Positions 37,263 through 53,300 of a DNA stretch of 64,000 bases are shown one piece after another; positions within the stretch are counted from its first letter, which is position 1; every line of letters begins with the position of its first letter. The position numbers were made by a program, and so were the translations under genes. Under the pieces are notes generated by a model that was not told where the DNA came from, ran no database searches, and worked only from the letters and a program-made list of their open reading frames with translations. This stretch comes from the human T2T-CHM13v2.0 reference genome, Homo sapiens, in assembly GCF_009914755.1 (NCBI RefSeq), contig NC_060940.1, one strand, 5' to 3'.

Positions 37263-40200
37263 AGCAAATATACAGACATTAAGATGTTTATTTCTTTAGA
37301 GATATAAATCTCATTGATTCTTATATAATCTCATGTAATCTCTAACTCAATTAACTCCTGGCAGGCCATCAATATTTTTTTCAGTGCATTCAGTGGTCAT
37401 TTTCTTGGTTCCCAACCTTCGAATTTCAGACAGTTAATTATGCTTCTCATCTTGACTATTACTCTTCCTTTCATTCCTTGACACTTTAGTGTCTTGGGGC
37501 CTCTGCCTCTCACATATTGACCATTTTTTTCACTCTCTCCTTGTTACATTTATATGAGGTTTCACTTCAGTGGGTAGCCAGTAGGGCGGGATTTTGTTTT
37601 CCCTGCAGAGTTAAATCCAGGCCTTGACCTCCATGATGGTTGAGTTGCTACCCACCAAGAGTCTGTCTGAGCAGTCAATCTCTCTTCTCTTCAGAATATC
37701 TGTTGTTACTTATATGGGCATCAGTCTCTGTAAACAATATACCTGTCACTATGTACAGTCATAGACGTCTTAAAACAAGGTCTAGAGGAGACTATGCAAA
37801 AATAAACATGAAGGTTGCATAAAATAGATTAATTTTCATTACCTTAATTTATATGTAAGCAAGAGACAAAGGATGAGAAGAGACTCAAGGAAACAGGTTA
37901 TAAGAGAAAAAAATTAGGTAATTTTTGTTGCTCCAGGTGATATTTTAAATGTTTTACATTTTGTTTTTCTCATCTAATATCTGTTACAATGTTGGAGACT
38001 GAACTGAATATTTCCCATTTTCAGGTAAAGAATTGAGTTTTGCTATGTGCAACTAAAAGCTACATATTATGAGTATATCCAAGACCTGTGGACAACAATT
38101 TCAAAAAGCATATCTCTGAACAAATTTTTCCTGGAATGAAAGCATCAAGATTTTCCAAAGTCTATTTGAGCTTACACACCCCCTGCTTCTCTGTCCAAGT
38201 CTAATCCAATAGACTCATTTGATTTTGTATTTCAATTTGTTGCACCCGCTAGGATATTCTATCCACATATCACAGGATGGGAGCAAAGGGAAGCTGGAAT
38301 CTGTATTTTCCCATTTCCCTCCCTGAAATATTCTTTCATTGAGCCATACTAATTATGGTGTAGACTTTTTAATACAGTTATTTCTCTTGGTTAGAATAAT
38401 TCCTTCTTTGTTTTGAGCCTAGGGGCATAGAGTGGACACATGGCAAGCTCTCTGTTCTCACTAGTTTTGGGTTAATCACTAGGATATTATTATTTTTTGT
38501 TTTCTGTTTTTTCATCATAAATTAATTTTCTATTAGACATTTTTATTTTGAGATAATTGTAAATACACATGCAGTTTTAGGATATAGTACAAAGATTTGC
38601 GATGTTATCCAGGTTCACCCAACGATAACATCTTTCTAAAGTATAGTACAATATTATAACCAGGTTATTGGCAATGATACATTCGAGTTAAAGAACATTT
38701 CCATCACCACAAGAATTCCTCATGTTGTCTTTTTAAAGCCGCAACCACTTCCTTCCTGCCTCATGCCTTCATTAACCTCTGGCAACCAATACTATGTTCC
38801 CATGTGTATATTTTTGTGATTTAAGAATGTCATATAAATGGAATCTTATGGTACCTAATCTTTCAGGATTGACTTTTTGTATTCATCATAATTCTCTGGA
38901 GATTCATCCATGTTGTTATATGTATCAATAGCTTGTTTCTTTTTATTACCCAGTAGTAGTCTGTGGGATAAACCAGAGTTTGTTTAAATATTCACTTATT
39001 GCTAGGCATATGGGTTGCTTCCACAATTCTTTTTGTTCTAAAAATTTTACAGTTTTATATTTTACATTAAATCTATAATCTATTTTGATTTAATATATAT
39101 ATTAGGTATGAGAGTTAGGTTGACAATTGTGTATGTGTATGTGTGTGTCTAGCACCATTGGTTACAAAGACTATTTTTTCATTCTATTGCTTTTGCAATC
39201 AAGTGGGCACTTGTGTGTGTGTCTATTTCTGGCTTCCACTGATACATACATTTATTATTCCTCCACGATAATCAAATGGTCTTGATTACTGCTGCTATAT
39301 AATAAGTCTGAAATTTGGTAGAATAATTTCTCCCTTTTTATTCCTTTTCACACTTTTTTTAACCATTCTAGTTCCTTTGATCTTCTGTATAATTTTAGAA
39401 TAATCTTGCCTATATAAACAAACAAATTTGCTGGTATTTTCAGAGAATTTGTATAAATCTACACATCAGTTTGGGAAGAATTGACATCTCTATTATGTTG
39501 ACTTACAATCCATAAATATTGTACACTTTTGAATTTATTTAGACCTTTACTTATAACTTCTTTCGCCAAAGTTTTATGCTTTATTGTTTGAAGCATACAA
39601 GTCCTGAACATGTTTTGTTACATTTATACCTATTTTTTGAAACAATGTGAATCGTGCTATATTTTTTAATATGTGTTTCCATGTTCATTACTAGTATATA
39701 TGAATACAATTGATTTTTGCTTATTTTCTTATACCCTGTGACCTTGCTGAGCCCATTTATTAGTTCAGGGAGTTTTATTTTTAAATTGGCTCTTACCGAG
39801 TGCATTTATTCGTTCTAAATTCTTGGAACTACCTATGTAGACAACTGTGTGATCTGCGATAGAGACAGATTTATTTCCTTATTTCATCTCTGTATCTTTT
39901 ATTTCTTGCCTTATTGGCCTGTTTATAGCTTTTAGCTCTGGGCTGAATTAAAGCAGCAATAGCAAACATCCTTACATTGTTTCTAATTTTAGTGGGAAAG
40001 CATTAAGAATTTCACCATTGAATATAATATTAGCTGTACTATTTAATAGATGTTCTTTATCAAGTTTTTAAATTATGAATTACATCTCTTTAATAGGGGA
40101 CTGTTCAGAATATTTGTTTCATGTTGAGTGAATTGTGGTAGCTTATGATTTTTTGTTTGTCTTGTTTTGTTTGAGAAATTAGCCCATCTTATCCAAATTG

Positions 40201-40663
40201 TCAAGTTTACCTTTGTCATGCAACTCATAGCATTTTCCTTCTTTTAATGTCTGCAAAATCTGTAATAATGTGTTCTGTTTCATTCCTGATTATCTGTGTC
40301 TTCTCTTTTTTAAATCACTCTTGTTAGAAATTTTTCAATTTTATAACCTTTTAAAGATCTAGCTGTTTGTTTCATTGATTTTTATCTATCATTTTTGCAT
40401 CCATTTTATTGTCTTTGTTCTTTATTAATTTCATTCTTTCTGGTTGTTTTGGTTTATTTCTTCTAGGTTCTTGATGTGGGAGTTTAGATTGTTTATTTAA
40501 AACTTTTCTTATTTGTAATGTATACATTTTGTACTACACATTTTCCTCTCATCACTGCTTTATCTGAGTTCCATACATTTTGATATATCACATTCATTTT
40601 TATTGTTTCATGTATTTAAAACATTTTTTGAGACTTCCTATTTGAGCCATAGATTATTTAGTA

Positions 40664-40743
40664 CAGGTTAAACATCTCTAATGAAAATCTGAAATGTGAA
40701 ATGCTCCCGAATCTGAAACTTTTTGACTGCCAACATGACACCA
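40664..40743. mobile_element. Tigger4/Zombi (MER46) terminal fragment
   Basis: TA followed by caggttaaacatctctaatgaaaatctgaaatgtgaaatgctcc...aactttttga. Confidence 0.8.
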
Positions 40744-40744
40744 G

Positions 40745-41610
40745 GTTAATTGGGTCCCACTTGTCAATTTTTGTTTTTGTCGCAATTGCCTTTGGGGACT
40801 TAGTCATAAATTCTTTGCCAAAGCCAATGTCTAGAACAGTATTTACTAGGTTTTCTTCTGGGGTTTTTATTGTTATAGGTCTTATATGCAGTTCTTCAAT
40901 TCATCTTGAGTTAATTTTTGTATATAGTGAAAGGAAGGGGTCCAGTTTCAATATTTTGCATATGGTTAGCCAGTTATTCCAGCACCATTTATTGAAAAGG
41001 GAGTTCTTATCCTATTGTTTGTGACTGTTGAAGATCAGGTGATTGTAGGTACATGGGTTTACTTCTGGGTTCTCTATCCTGTTATATTGGTCTGTGTCTC
41101 TGTTTTTATAACAGTACCATGCTGTTTTGGTCACTGTAGCCTGGTATTAATTGTAGTATAGTTTGAAGTTGAGTGTTTTGATGCCCCCAGCCTTGTTCTT
41201 TAAGCTTAGGATTGCTTTGACAATTTGGGCTCTCTTTTGGTTCCATATGAATGTTAGCATAGTTTTTTTCTAATTCTGTGTAAAATGACAACAGTAGTTT
41301 CATAGGAATAGCATTGAATCTGTAAATTGCTTTGGGCAGTATGACCATTTTAACAATACTGATTCCTATCCATGAGCATGGAATGTTTTTCCATTTGTTT
41401 GTGTCATCTCTGATTCCTTTCAACAGTTTCTTGTAATTCTCATTGTAGACATCTTTCACTTCCTTGGTAAACTGTGTTCCTAGGTATTTTATTCTTTTTG
41501 TAGCTTTTGAAAATAAGATTGCATTCTTGATTTGGCTCTGAGCTTGGACACCATTGGTGTATAGGAATGCTATTGATTTTTGTACCTTGATTTTGTATCT
41601 TGACACTTGA
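40745..41610 (-). mobile_element. L1P ORF2 internal fragment (no polyA)
   Basis: ORF 41106-41624(-) gives [14 protein letters not shown]...IKYLG...[11 protein letters not shown]...[12 protein letters not shown], the ORF2p region C-terminal to the RT core. Confidence 0.93.
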
Positions 41611-41850
41611 CACAGAAAAATCAACTACATTTATGTGCCTTTATTATCCATCACTTATAATATAATTGTCTTAAGTATTTTCTGTGCATACCTTTAAAAC
41701 CACATCAAAAGTGCTGTAATATTTGGTTCAATCATCACACATAATTTAGAAATTTTAAGGAAAAATAGTCTAATGCATTGCTGCATTGTCCATATTTTGC
41801 TTATCAAGATCTTAATTCTTTCCTGGTATTCGGAATTCACCTTTTGTCAC

Positions 41851-42202
41851 TGATATAGTTTGGCTGTGTGCCCACCCAAATCTCACCTTGAATTGTAATA
41901 ATCCCCATGTGTCAAGGGTAGGGCCAAGTGGAGATCATTGAATACGGGAGTGGTTTCCCCCACAATGTTCTCATAGTAGTGAATCACTCTCACAAGGTCT
42001 GATGGTTTTATAAATGGGAGTTCCCTGCACAAGCGCTCTTGCCTGCCGCCATGTAAGACTTGACTTTGCTCCTCATTTGCCTTCTGCCATGATTGTGAGG
42101 CCTCCCCAGTCATGTGGAAATGTGAGTTAATTAAAACTCTTTCCTTTATAAATTACTGTCTCAGGTATGTCTTTATTAGCAGTGTGACAACAGGCTAATA
42201 CA
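41851..42202 (+). mobile_element. THE1B/C solo LTR
   Basis: tgatatagtttggctgtg...gctaataca; TSD GTCAC/GTCAT. Confidence 0.96.
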
Positions 42203-45200
42203 GTCATTTTCTTCTATTTATAAAACTGACCTTATCCATTGTTACAGAATAGACTTGCTGGTAATAAATTCTCCTGGTTTTTCTACATTTGAAAATGCCT
42301 TGTTTTCCCTCTTCATTCTTGAAGGATATTTGTACTGGATATGGGATTCTGGATTATAGTCTTCTTTCAGCACTTGAAAATTATTGTGCCACTTTTATCT
42401 TGTTGTGGCTTTATTATTTCTAGTAATAAATTCTCTGTCATTTAATTATTTTCCCCTATAAGGTGTTATTTCTCTCTCTCTCAAGATTTTTTTCTTTGTC
42501 TTTTGATTTTCAGAGATTGATTCTGATGTGCCTTGGTGTAAACTTGAGTTTATCATAATTGGGATTTGCTCAGTTTTCTGAATCTATAGGTTTATGTCTT
42601 CTGCCAAATTTAGGAAGGTATCAGATATTATAATTTGGAGTACTTTTCAGCTCTTTCTCCTATCTAAAGACTCTTCTCTTCTTTCTTCTTTCTAAATACT
42701 CTGCTGACACAAATGTTACATATTATTGTCTCACAGATCTTTAATACTCTAGTCTTTTTTGTTGTCTTTAGTCTATTGCTGAGATTGTTTAATTTCTTTG
42801 TTCTTCCAGTTTATTGATTCCTTCTTTTGCCCTCTCATTCTTATGCTGCACCCATTCACTATTTTGTTTTGGTTACCATATTGATCAGTTTAAAATTTCC
42901 TTTTTTTAATAATTTCTATTTATTTGCCAAAACTTTTCATTTGTTTGCTGTAATTATCTTTTTAAAAAAAATTTCAGATACTTTCCTACTTGCTTTTTGA
43001 AGCATTTTGCTTTTAAGTATGTTACTTTAACATCTTTGTTAGGTAATTCTAACATTTCTATTACTTTGGTATTGGCATCTATTGACTTTCTTTCTCAAAG
43101 AAAGAGCCTTCTGATTCCTGGTATGAAGCGTGGCTTTTAATTGAAATCTGAATATTTGGGGTCTTATGAGATTCTGGACTTTATTTAAACTTTGTTTTAA
43201 CTGGCTTCTCCTGACAGAGCTCTAGCAAAGAAAGGGTTGTTGTCTCATTAGAATCAGGTGGGGTAGAATTCCAGGTTTCCCAGTCAGCCTCTATTGACAC
43301 TGTGGAGGCTGTTCCTCATTACTAATGGGTTGGGGTATGCAACCTGGATTCCCACTGATACTTTTTGACTGGAAAAGGTAAAAGTACTTTATTTGCTCCT
43401 ACCCATACAATCTCTACTGACACCAATGGTAAGGTGGGAGAGTATTGCCTTGTTAGCACTGTGCAGTAGTGAAAGTTCTCAGGAACCTAGACTTTTATCC
43501 ATGCCAAGCTGAAACAGGCACCTAACTCTGCTACGGAGGATAGTGTCAGAAAAGGCATGTAAGCAGCCAGGACTTTCATTCCCAACTGGTATTTAGGAAA
43601 CCCACACCCATTCATCACTAGGCTTCCTCTGACATACCCGCATGGTGTGTGGGTATCGGTTTCAACATCAATCAGATGGGGATGAAAGTATCTGCTGTCA
43701 ACATGGCTTTTCTGACACCACTCCAGTAGTAGGGCTATGAAACCTCATTACAGCCTAACGAGATGGACATCTAGTTTCTCCGCTGGGCCTTTTCTGGTGT
43801 GAACGAGGGTGGGGCCACAGCTTTTCCTTTGGTGTTTGGCTAAAGTACACCAGTATTATGTAAATATTGTTTTGCTAAGCTACTCTTTTCTTGGTCCTTT
43901 GGCTAGAAGAGCAGGCTTTTATTATAGTATTTTTTCTTCTGTGCTGAATGGCATTTCGGACTTGCTGGCTTCTTCTCCTCTAAGTGTGGGAATATATGAG
44001 GCAAAGAGAAAACTAAAGGAACTCCCCACTGTGCTGTTCCTTGAGTCCCAAGTTGTGTAGTTTGTGAGCCTTCTTCTTTTTGCCTTTTCGAGGCTTCTTA
44101 TGCTTGTTTTAAGTGCAATGCCCAAGGTTATTAGTTCCCTTAGAGAAAAGAATAAGGAAATGTATGTCTAGTCTATCTTCTTATAAGGGGAAGTCCCTGC
44201 CACACCTATTTAAATAAATAACTTTTTACAAACTGTTTTTCAATTACTCAGTCTGACTGTATCATCCATTTCTTGCTAGATTCCTAACTGATACACCTTA
44301 CTTATTTATATTGAAACTTTGCCTCTCCTAAAAATTTACTTTTGGGATAGGATACGTGCCAGATTTGTATTCCTATTCATGGATAAATACTTAGGACTAT
44401 AAATAATTTAAAAGTCACAAAATATTAGCAATATTCCATATTTTAAATTTTTGTGTTTGATCTTTATCTGTGTAGCAATTTATAATAAAATCCCTAAAAC
44501 TAACTAACCAAAAAGGTCTGTGATTTTTAACTAGCTAATGTTAGGGAATCTTTGGCTTAAAAAAAAAAACAAAAACACAAAAACAAAAACAAAACAAAAC
44601 TACTCACTCAGAATGCAAGTGGGGAAGAAGAATAGGGTGTACAGCAGTGTCACAGTGGCCCAGAACAAGAGAAGAAAGTACAGTGCAACCTGAGAATGTC
44701 CCCGCTTACAATGATTTATTCTGTCTTACCATTTAAAGCACAACATGGCAATTTATTTCTCATCCTGGACTGTATATTCTTGAGAGTACAGACTGGTTCT
44801 CTGTACCTCCAGTGCTCATATTAGTCCCTCACAAAAAGAAGGTGACTGGTAAAGAGCTTTGAATGTATTCCCCATACACCTATATAGTAACTTATACTTA
44901 ATACAACTCAAACATGCTTGATGAAAGAACGGAGACATCGTGTATTGTGTCTTGAAATGAATGTCTTTAGAAGAAACTGTATTTCCTTGCAAAAGACTGA
45001 ATAGAGTCAATATAATAAATACTTTATCACAATTTTCAAGCGTACATTGACATTACCCAAGGATAATAAAGAAAACACAATAAAGCCATATAATTAAAGT
45101 AGCTCAAATAATGTCATCTTATGGAAGGATACACATTGTTTCTCTATCATTCTGTCATATTTTGAAGCTTAATTTTGGCTGGTCTCCAGAGGACCTTTTA

Positions 45201-46484
45201 TTTCTTTGGCCAATGAGAGGCAATCTTACTTGCGTAATTTTTTTTTTTTTTTTTGCATTATAAGATAGAGCGTTCTGAAATCATGTTTTTGAATTACAGT
45301 TAATAAAGGTCAGCCATGCAAGAATTTGATTGGTTGCATCTTACTTCATTAGGTATGATATGGTAATACAGGAGATGAAGAAAGCCCATCTTATTAAGTT
45401 TAGCAATTTGAAAACCAAAAATCATTTTGGGATAATAGCATGCAGAATTCTTCAAGCTATTGAAGTGTACAGAAGATGTTAAAATAAACCATGGTGCTCT
45501 AAACGGAGAATTCATCCTATGCAAGAAAGATGAATTTATGCTAATTGTTCATTTAGAGTGAATAAAATTGCCTTCTGCTTTAGAAAGCACTGATCTCATC
45601 AGGGATTTGTAAAGTTGGAGGCTGAAAAAAGTGACTCTATTTTTCAAGAGCAAAAATTAATAAGTAAAATAATGCTACAACATGCAAGAATCTGATACTG
45701 CTATAGATATAACCTAATAAATATCAGGAACCTATATTAAAATTTAGAATTTTAACTAAATACCAAAGTCACATTCATCAGTAGTTTTCACATAATATGT
45801 CAAGTATTTTAGTTCCAATTCTTCTACATTTTTTTAAGGTTGTGGATCATCAGTAAAAAAAAAACATGGTCAGATTAAAAGCAGTACAGCCGTGGCTAAA
45901 ATGAATTGAGTAGTACCAAGAATGTAGGATTTCTGCCAAAAGATGAGAGCATACTGTGTCAGAATAGAGAAGCATTCTCCATTATTTCAGGCACTTGTAC
46001 ATTATTGTGCAGAAGGAATAACACTTTTTTTTCCAGAAACACATAGGGGAAAAATATATATGTAAGTCACATCTGGGGAAGAAAAAAAAAATCACAAGCC
46101 TTTATTTGCTAGAGAGCCATCATGGAAATAAGGTGCATAACAACCACACATGTGAGGGGCTACTGCTTTACACCTGAAATAAATATGTACAGATGGGTTC
46201 AGTACCGTCTTCAACAAACTGACCAAATGGGTTCCCAATATCTTATTTACCATCATTTGCCATGCCTTAAGGAAAGTATTAAAAAATAATAAAAATATTT
46301 TATGTAAGAGATAGAAATTATTTAATCCACTCCCACATCCTTTTTATATGTGAGAAAACTGATATTCACGGTCAACAAGAAAACGTTTGTTATTGCAAAG
46401 ATATTATTTTATATACATATATACACACATATAATATATAATACATGTACATCATGCACACACACATGCATGCACAGTTATTTA

Positions 46485-46810
<326 letters not shown>

Positions 46811-47727
46811 GAAAAAAAGACTTAAACTATATATTTATTCTTGTGAACTTTTAGCAAGAAAGAAACAAATGAAAATTATACTGTTTGCCAAGCCTCACCA
46901 GCTCTTCGTTTACATTTCCAAAGGAAGAAAACTTACTAAAATAGACTCACAGTGTGGGGTGGAAGATGATGGGAGAAATTCATCTCTACATTTCCCACCT
47001 CCTCACATTTCTGTGCTCGCCTATTTCCAAGTCACAAGTGAAGTGAAATGACATGGAAGGTTTTATATAAGATTACGCTTTTCAAAACATCTAATTTGAA
47101 GCCCCATTTATGGTGTTCATTCCATTTCAGGGCAACTAGTACTGTGACATGTTTCCATATGTATGTAACTGATTTAGTTGTTCAGTGCTTTCCCATTGGC
47201 ATTGTGAAGGTGTTAAATCTCACAAGTGAGGATATGAATGTACATTGTAATAATATCCAACTTCCAGCAACTACAAGCTATATTCCTGTGCCACACTCCT
47301 GCAAATGGGATTCAGCTTTGGTCTGAATATTTAAAAACAAACAAACAAATAAACAAAAAAAAGTATTTAATTATTTTATAGGAAGGAAGGAGGGAAGAAA
47401 ATAAAATAAAAACCAAAAACACCCAAATTCAACATTGTTTAAAATCATGCTTTAAAAATTAGAAAAAAAAAGTGAAAATAATTAGATCTCAGTGTTATCA
47501 GATGTTTTGAGATTCAAATATCAAATAGAATCTCTATAAATGGACTATACATTTAATTCATATATTGTACACATTTTGCTCTATTTTTTTTTCTGTTCAT
47601 GTAACTTGAGCATGGAGGATAATAGAGAAAAAAAATTCTGTAACCTCGAACTTCATTAAGTCTTTTTGAATTATCTTTAAGAGAATCTAATGACTTAAAT
47701 CTATCTCACAGAGCGATTAGTGTGAAG

Positions 47728-47910
47728 CAATAGTTCTCAAGTGTATTGATCACAGGGACCTCCCCAGGGGGACTTGGTAGAAATGCAAATTCCTACTCTT
47801 AAATTCTTACTCAGCACTATTGAATAAGTTCTAAGGTTGGGGCCCAGGAATTTGTGATTTATCAAACCCTCTGGGTGTTTTAGATAGAAGCTAAAGTTTC
47901 AGAATACGTG
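47728..47910. mobile_element. MER5A MITE
   Basis: caatagttctcaagtgt...gtagaaatgcaaattc...ggggcccaggaatttgtg...ctaaagtttcagaa. Confidence 0.8.
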
Positions 47911-47939
47911 TATAGAAACATGTCCATTAGAACACTCAT

Positions 47940-48321
<382 letters not shown>

Positions 48322-48584
48322 CTAAGCTTGAAATTATGTCCATTCCCTTCAGATTTCAAAGGTGAAACTTCAATAATTACAATAGAAGAGTAGAAATACC
48401 AAAAAGCTGTTCCATCATATATAATTGCCAACATTTTCCCTAACAGAAAGATAAAGGCAGATAGCTCGGTTGCTTAGGTAGAAATGTGTTGGTATCTGTA
48501 TAGTGTGTTCTCGAGGTTTTCAAATTAACCCTTATGTTCTTATATTCCCATTTGATAGCTGAAATTGCAAGTCTTTATGCATAT

Positions 48585-48943
48585 TGAGATAGAAAGACTA
48601 AGGGAAGAAGAAGCGAGAAGGCGGCTCTCCAGTTGAGACAGGTTAATTGCAAGTAAACCTGAGAAGGGCTTCTGGCCAGCAAGGTCAGGAGCAAGCTTCT
48701 CTTACAGCCCAAGGGTTTTTTAAAGGGCCCAATGGAGAAGTGTGCTTCGAAGCAAGATTCTGTTAGGGAGGGGTTGGCAAAGTGCTGGCTGTTCTGTGAG
48801 GATTCTGTGAGGATTAGCGCCCTTATGCTCTGTTGAAGCTGTGGGAAGGGCTGACATTTGCCGTTTTGGCCAGGTGGCCAAACAGAAATTTAAAGCTTAA
48901 GATGGTGGGGTGTTGTGAAGATGGTGGTACTCTTGTCCTATCA
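48585..48943 (-). mobile_element. ERV1-type solo LTR (MER84/MER93-like, tentative)
   Basis: TG...CA ends; minus strand starts tgataggacaagagtaccaccatctt; TATA-like and polyA-like positions present. Confidence 0.6.
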
Positions 48944-49160
48944 TATTAAGTGGCTGATAATGGTTAAAAAGCAAATAGATGAAGAAAAGGTAGCCCTTAA
49001 ATATGTTAGCAGTTATTCAGTTTGAGGAAATGAGAGCTGAGCTGAGCTGAGCGTTAGATATTTGAGACCATTTTCTTTTTACAGTAACAACTTTTGTGTG
49101 AATAATATATATGAGGACTGAATTCGGCATGAAGAAGTAAGGTATTTGAAAATATTATTA

Positions 49161-49503
<343 letters not shown>

Positions 49504-50379
49504 TCATTTAAGCAAATTCACTGAAACTGTTTCACAGGTACAACACAAGGAAAGAGTACCTTTTCTTCTTCATTTAATCTATTCTAAACTTATGCAAAAT
49601 TATTAAGTTATTCAGGAAATGGAAGAAGAAAAGCTACTGTATGTTTTCTAGTCTACCAATAATTGCAAGAAAGTGAAAACTGAATCACACAAGCAACTGT
49701 TCTGTTACCATATTAGTCTGAATTATTATTTTAATCGAAATTCAACTGGCAATTAGAGAACTACATTTTGTGAACTTGGTGAGTCACTTTACTTCTCTGA
49801 GTCTTGGTGTTCTGTTTAAAATACAAGGGAATAAAACTGGATCTGTAATTTCTATGTGTGATGTAGAGAACCCTCGATAATTATTGTGATTTTATTAGAA
49901 GCCACAGTGGGGAAGGAGTTAGGGGCCCAGATGGAGGGTCCCTACCCTAAACCTTAACACAAGTCAACAAGAGAATCTAATTTTAATGGTATACATTTCT
50001 ATTTCTACTGTTATTTCTGTTTATAAAATTCTGTACTTTTCTGATGCTATTTTGTTTGTTAGAGAAGTTTTATTCAAATGGCGTCAGGCAAAGCAAGATT
50101 CACACTTGATATTTAGGATACTTGATGTATTTTGTTTCATGACTTGAAAACCAGAGTTTGTTGCTTCCTCCCAAACTGAAGGTTGAGAATAGTGTCCTGG
50201 GTTTATGTATAGACTCTCACAAAGTTGGTTTTCTGTAGCAACTGATAGTAGAAATTAATGCAAATTTTTTACTTTTCCCCTAAAAGATAGACGTTTTAAA
50301 ATTGTGAATGCATGATGTATAATAAATTATTCCTGCTGACATGTCTTTTAAAACCAAAATATATCATTAAAATACACAC

Positions 50380-53300
50380 AATTTTTTACGTATTATACAT
50401 TTTCAAATACATAAAAAAGTTGAAATAAATTTATAGTGAATACATATATATCCACCAGATTCTACAATTACAATTTTACTATAACTTTTATTAACACCAT
50501 ATTTATCAATTTATGAATTGCTTTATCTATCCATGAATCCATCTGTTTTGATTTTTTTGGACATATTTCAGTGTAAATTGTTACATTAGTACACTAAATA
50601 CTTTAGGATTCACATCGTTACCCAGTGTAAGATATTTATTTACAGTATTTTTACTTTTTAGATAAATTTATGAAACTAAAAACTTAAGTGAATGTTTACT
50701 TAGTTTTGACAAATGCATACGTGGACATCAAATTATAGAATATTACTCAAGAAAATTATCTTAACACATGCCCTAAAGATTCAGCAACAGCCACCTTTCT
50801 GAATTTTTCCAACATAGATTTGTTTCTGTTTGATATAGAATTTTATATAAATACAATCATACTTTATGTGCTTAATGTGTAAGTCACCGTTCAGTTACCA
50901 CAATATTTTGAGATTCATCCATATCATTGTGTGTATCAGTAATATACTCCCTTGTATTGCTGATGGTTTTTTTTGTATGAATATAATGTGTTTTTTTAGT
51001 CAATTTTTTTATTGATGACTACTTGGGCAACTTTTCATTTAAGGCTAATATGCATAGAGCATTATACACCTTTTTATAATTCTTTTTGTAAGCCAATGTC
51101 GGGTTTTTTTTTTTGCCTTCTCTTGGGTGAATATCTAGAAGAATGTCTCTTACATAGAGAAATGTGTGCTTAATATTGAAAAGAAATTTCCAGTCTTGCA
51201 AAGTGGTTGCATCATTGTATATTCCACCAACAATTTATGAGAGTTGTAGTCATACTATATTCCTGCCGACTTTGAGTAACACCCAGGCTTTTTAATTTTA
51301 CCCATTTAAGTGGCTAAATAGTGCTATCTCATTATGATTTTAATTTGTATTTACCTGATAACAAATGCTATTATGCTTTTTAAAACATGCTTATTGGCCA
51401 TTTGCATAACTGTTTTTGAAGTATCTGTTCAAATCTCTGCTCATTTATTATTCAATTGTCTTTATTATTGAATTGTAGTTCTTTCTTTAGATTGAATACC
51501 AGTCCTTTGTCTGTGTCTCCAAAAATATAGATTGTGAATATTTCTCATAACCTGTGACTTATCTATGTTCTTAATGTTATCTTTCAATGAACAGAAGTTT
51601 ATTTTATGATGACACTTGATTTATTATTTTTTTCTTTTTTGGTGATTACTTTCCGTGTCCTTTCAAAGAACTTTTGAGTACCCAAAATACATGGATACAT
51701 TGGCCTATGTTTTATTCAAAATCTTTATTATTACAATTGTTATGCTGAGGTCTATCTTCTGTTTTAAATTAAGTTTATGTATTATGAGATTGAGGCTATT
51801 TTTTCCTGTGAACATCTATTTCATCCAGCATGATTTGTTGAAAGGCTCTATCTTTACCCATTGAATTACTTTGGTGCTCTTGGTGAAAATGTAAATAGTA
51901 ATATAAAGTGACTCTTTGGGGGATGTATTTTTATTACATCTGAATTATTTATTGTTATGCTAATATTGTGGTTCTGAAATTACATTTTCTTCATATTAAA
52001 TCTTGAAATTATATAATTTATCTAACTTTGCTCCTCCTAATTTTTTTTTTTAATTTTATGCCCTTAGTGCCTGCAAATACATTTTAAAATAAGCTTTTAA
52101 ATTGACTTATAGAAAAGGGCTGCTGGCGTTATGGAAGAATTGACATATTGACAATATTGAGTTTTTTAATCCATGACTATGGTATATCTCTTTATTCACT
52201 TTGGTATTCATTTTCACTTATCATTTTGTTTTTTGAGTCTAAAGAGATTCATATATTTGTTAAATTTATTTCCAAATTATTTGTGATACTTTAGGTTGAA
52301 ATGTTTACTTTTTATCTTATTTTCTAACTCCTGCCAGAATACAAAAATATAATAATTATATACATTAACTTGTAATTTAGGACTGTGATACATTTCATTG
52401 TGAGTTTTAAGATTTTGTGAATTTCTTAACATGTTCTACATGAGTAATCATGTCAGTTGCAAATGGAGATATTACTTTTTCTTTTCACATCTTTATGACA
52501 TTAAATTTATTCTCTTATTTTTCAATAATTAAGACCAACTTATACAATTCTGAATAGAAGTGGGGTAGTAAGCATGCATTACTTTTTGAATTTGGCCAGA
52601 AAAGCATTGCATATTTCACTATTAAGTAACTTCAGTCACCTGCAGATTATTGTGGATGTCCTTGTATCAAATCAAGAAAGTTCATTTCAATCTTATATTT
52701 GCTCAGGGTTTTGCTTATTTCTTCATGAACAGGTGTTTTTTTCCAACTTTTTAAATATATTTAAATAATTGTATTAGTCCATTTTCATGCTGCTGATAAA
52801 GACATACCTGAGACTGGGAAGAAAAACAGATTTAACTGAACTTATAGTTCCACATGGTTGGGAAAGCCTCAGAATCATGGCGGGAGGCAAAAGACATTTC
52901 TTACATGGTGACAGCAAGAGAAAAAATGAGAGAGAAGCAAAACAGAAATGCCTGATAAACCCATCAGATCTCGTGAGACTTATTCACTATCACGAGAATG
53001 GCACGGGAAAGACCAGCCCCCAAAATTCAATTACCTCCCCCTAGGTCCCTCCCACAACACGTGAGAATATTGGGAAACAGAATTCAAGTTGAGATTTGGG
53101 TGGGGACATAGCCAAACCATATCAAATATCATATACTTTTAGCTCACACATTTAAATTCTTGATTACTTTTGAGGTAATTTTTGCATAAAAATCACTTGA
53201 ACAAAAATTGATCAGTGTAGGGTTGTATTTATGAATGTTGTGTTAAAGAAACTTTGGATAATTATAATCCCCCCAACAATGTTATAATCCCCCCAACAAT

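Larger units (their letters stand above)
38540..44197 (-). mobile_element. Long, internally deleted L1MC (MC1/2-like) with both ends and three nested insertions
   Basis: 3' end ttattttgagataattgta...acatttccatcaccacaag; ORF2/ORF1 remnants; 5' end GGGACTT...AAGATAGACTAGAC on the minus strand at 44197. Confidence 0.8.

Noticed and set aside
41106-41624. 172-aa ORF as a gene
   Set aside because: It is an internal L1 ORF2 remnant that frameshifts out of homology.
48792-48815. 11-bp tandem duplication TTCTGTGAGGA (similar short ones at ~11583-11628 and ~35953-35977)
   Set aside because: Short slippage duplications of this size are commonplace.
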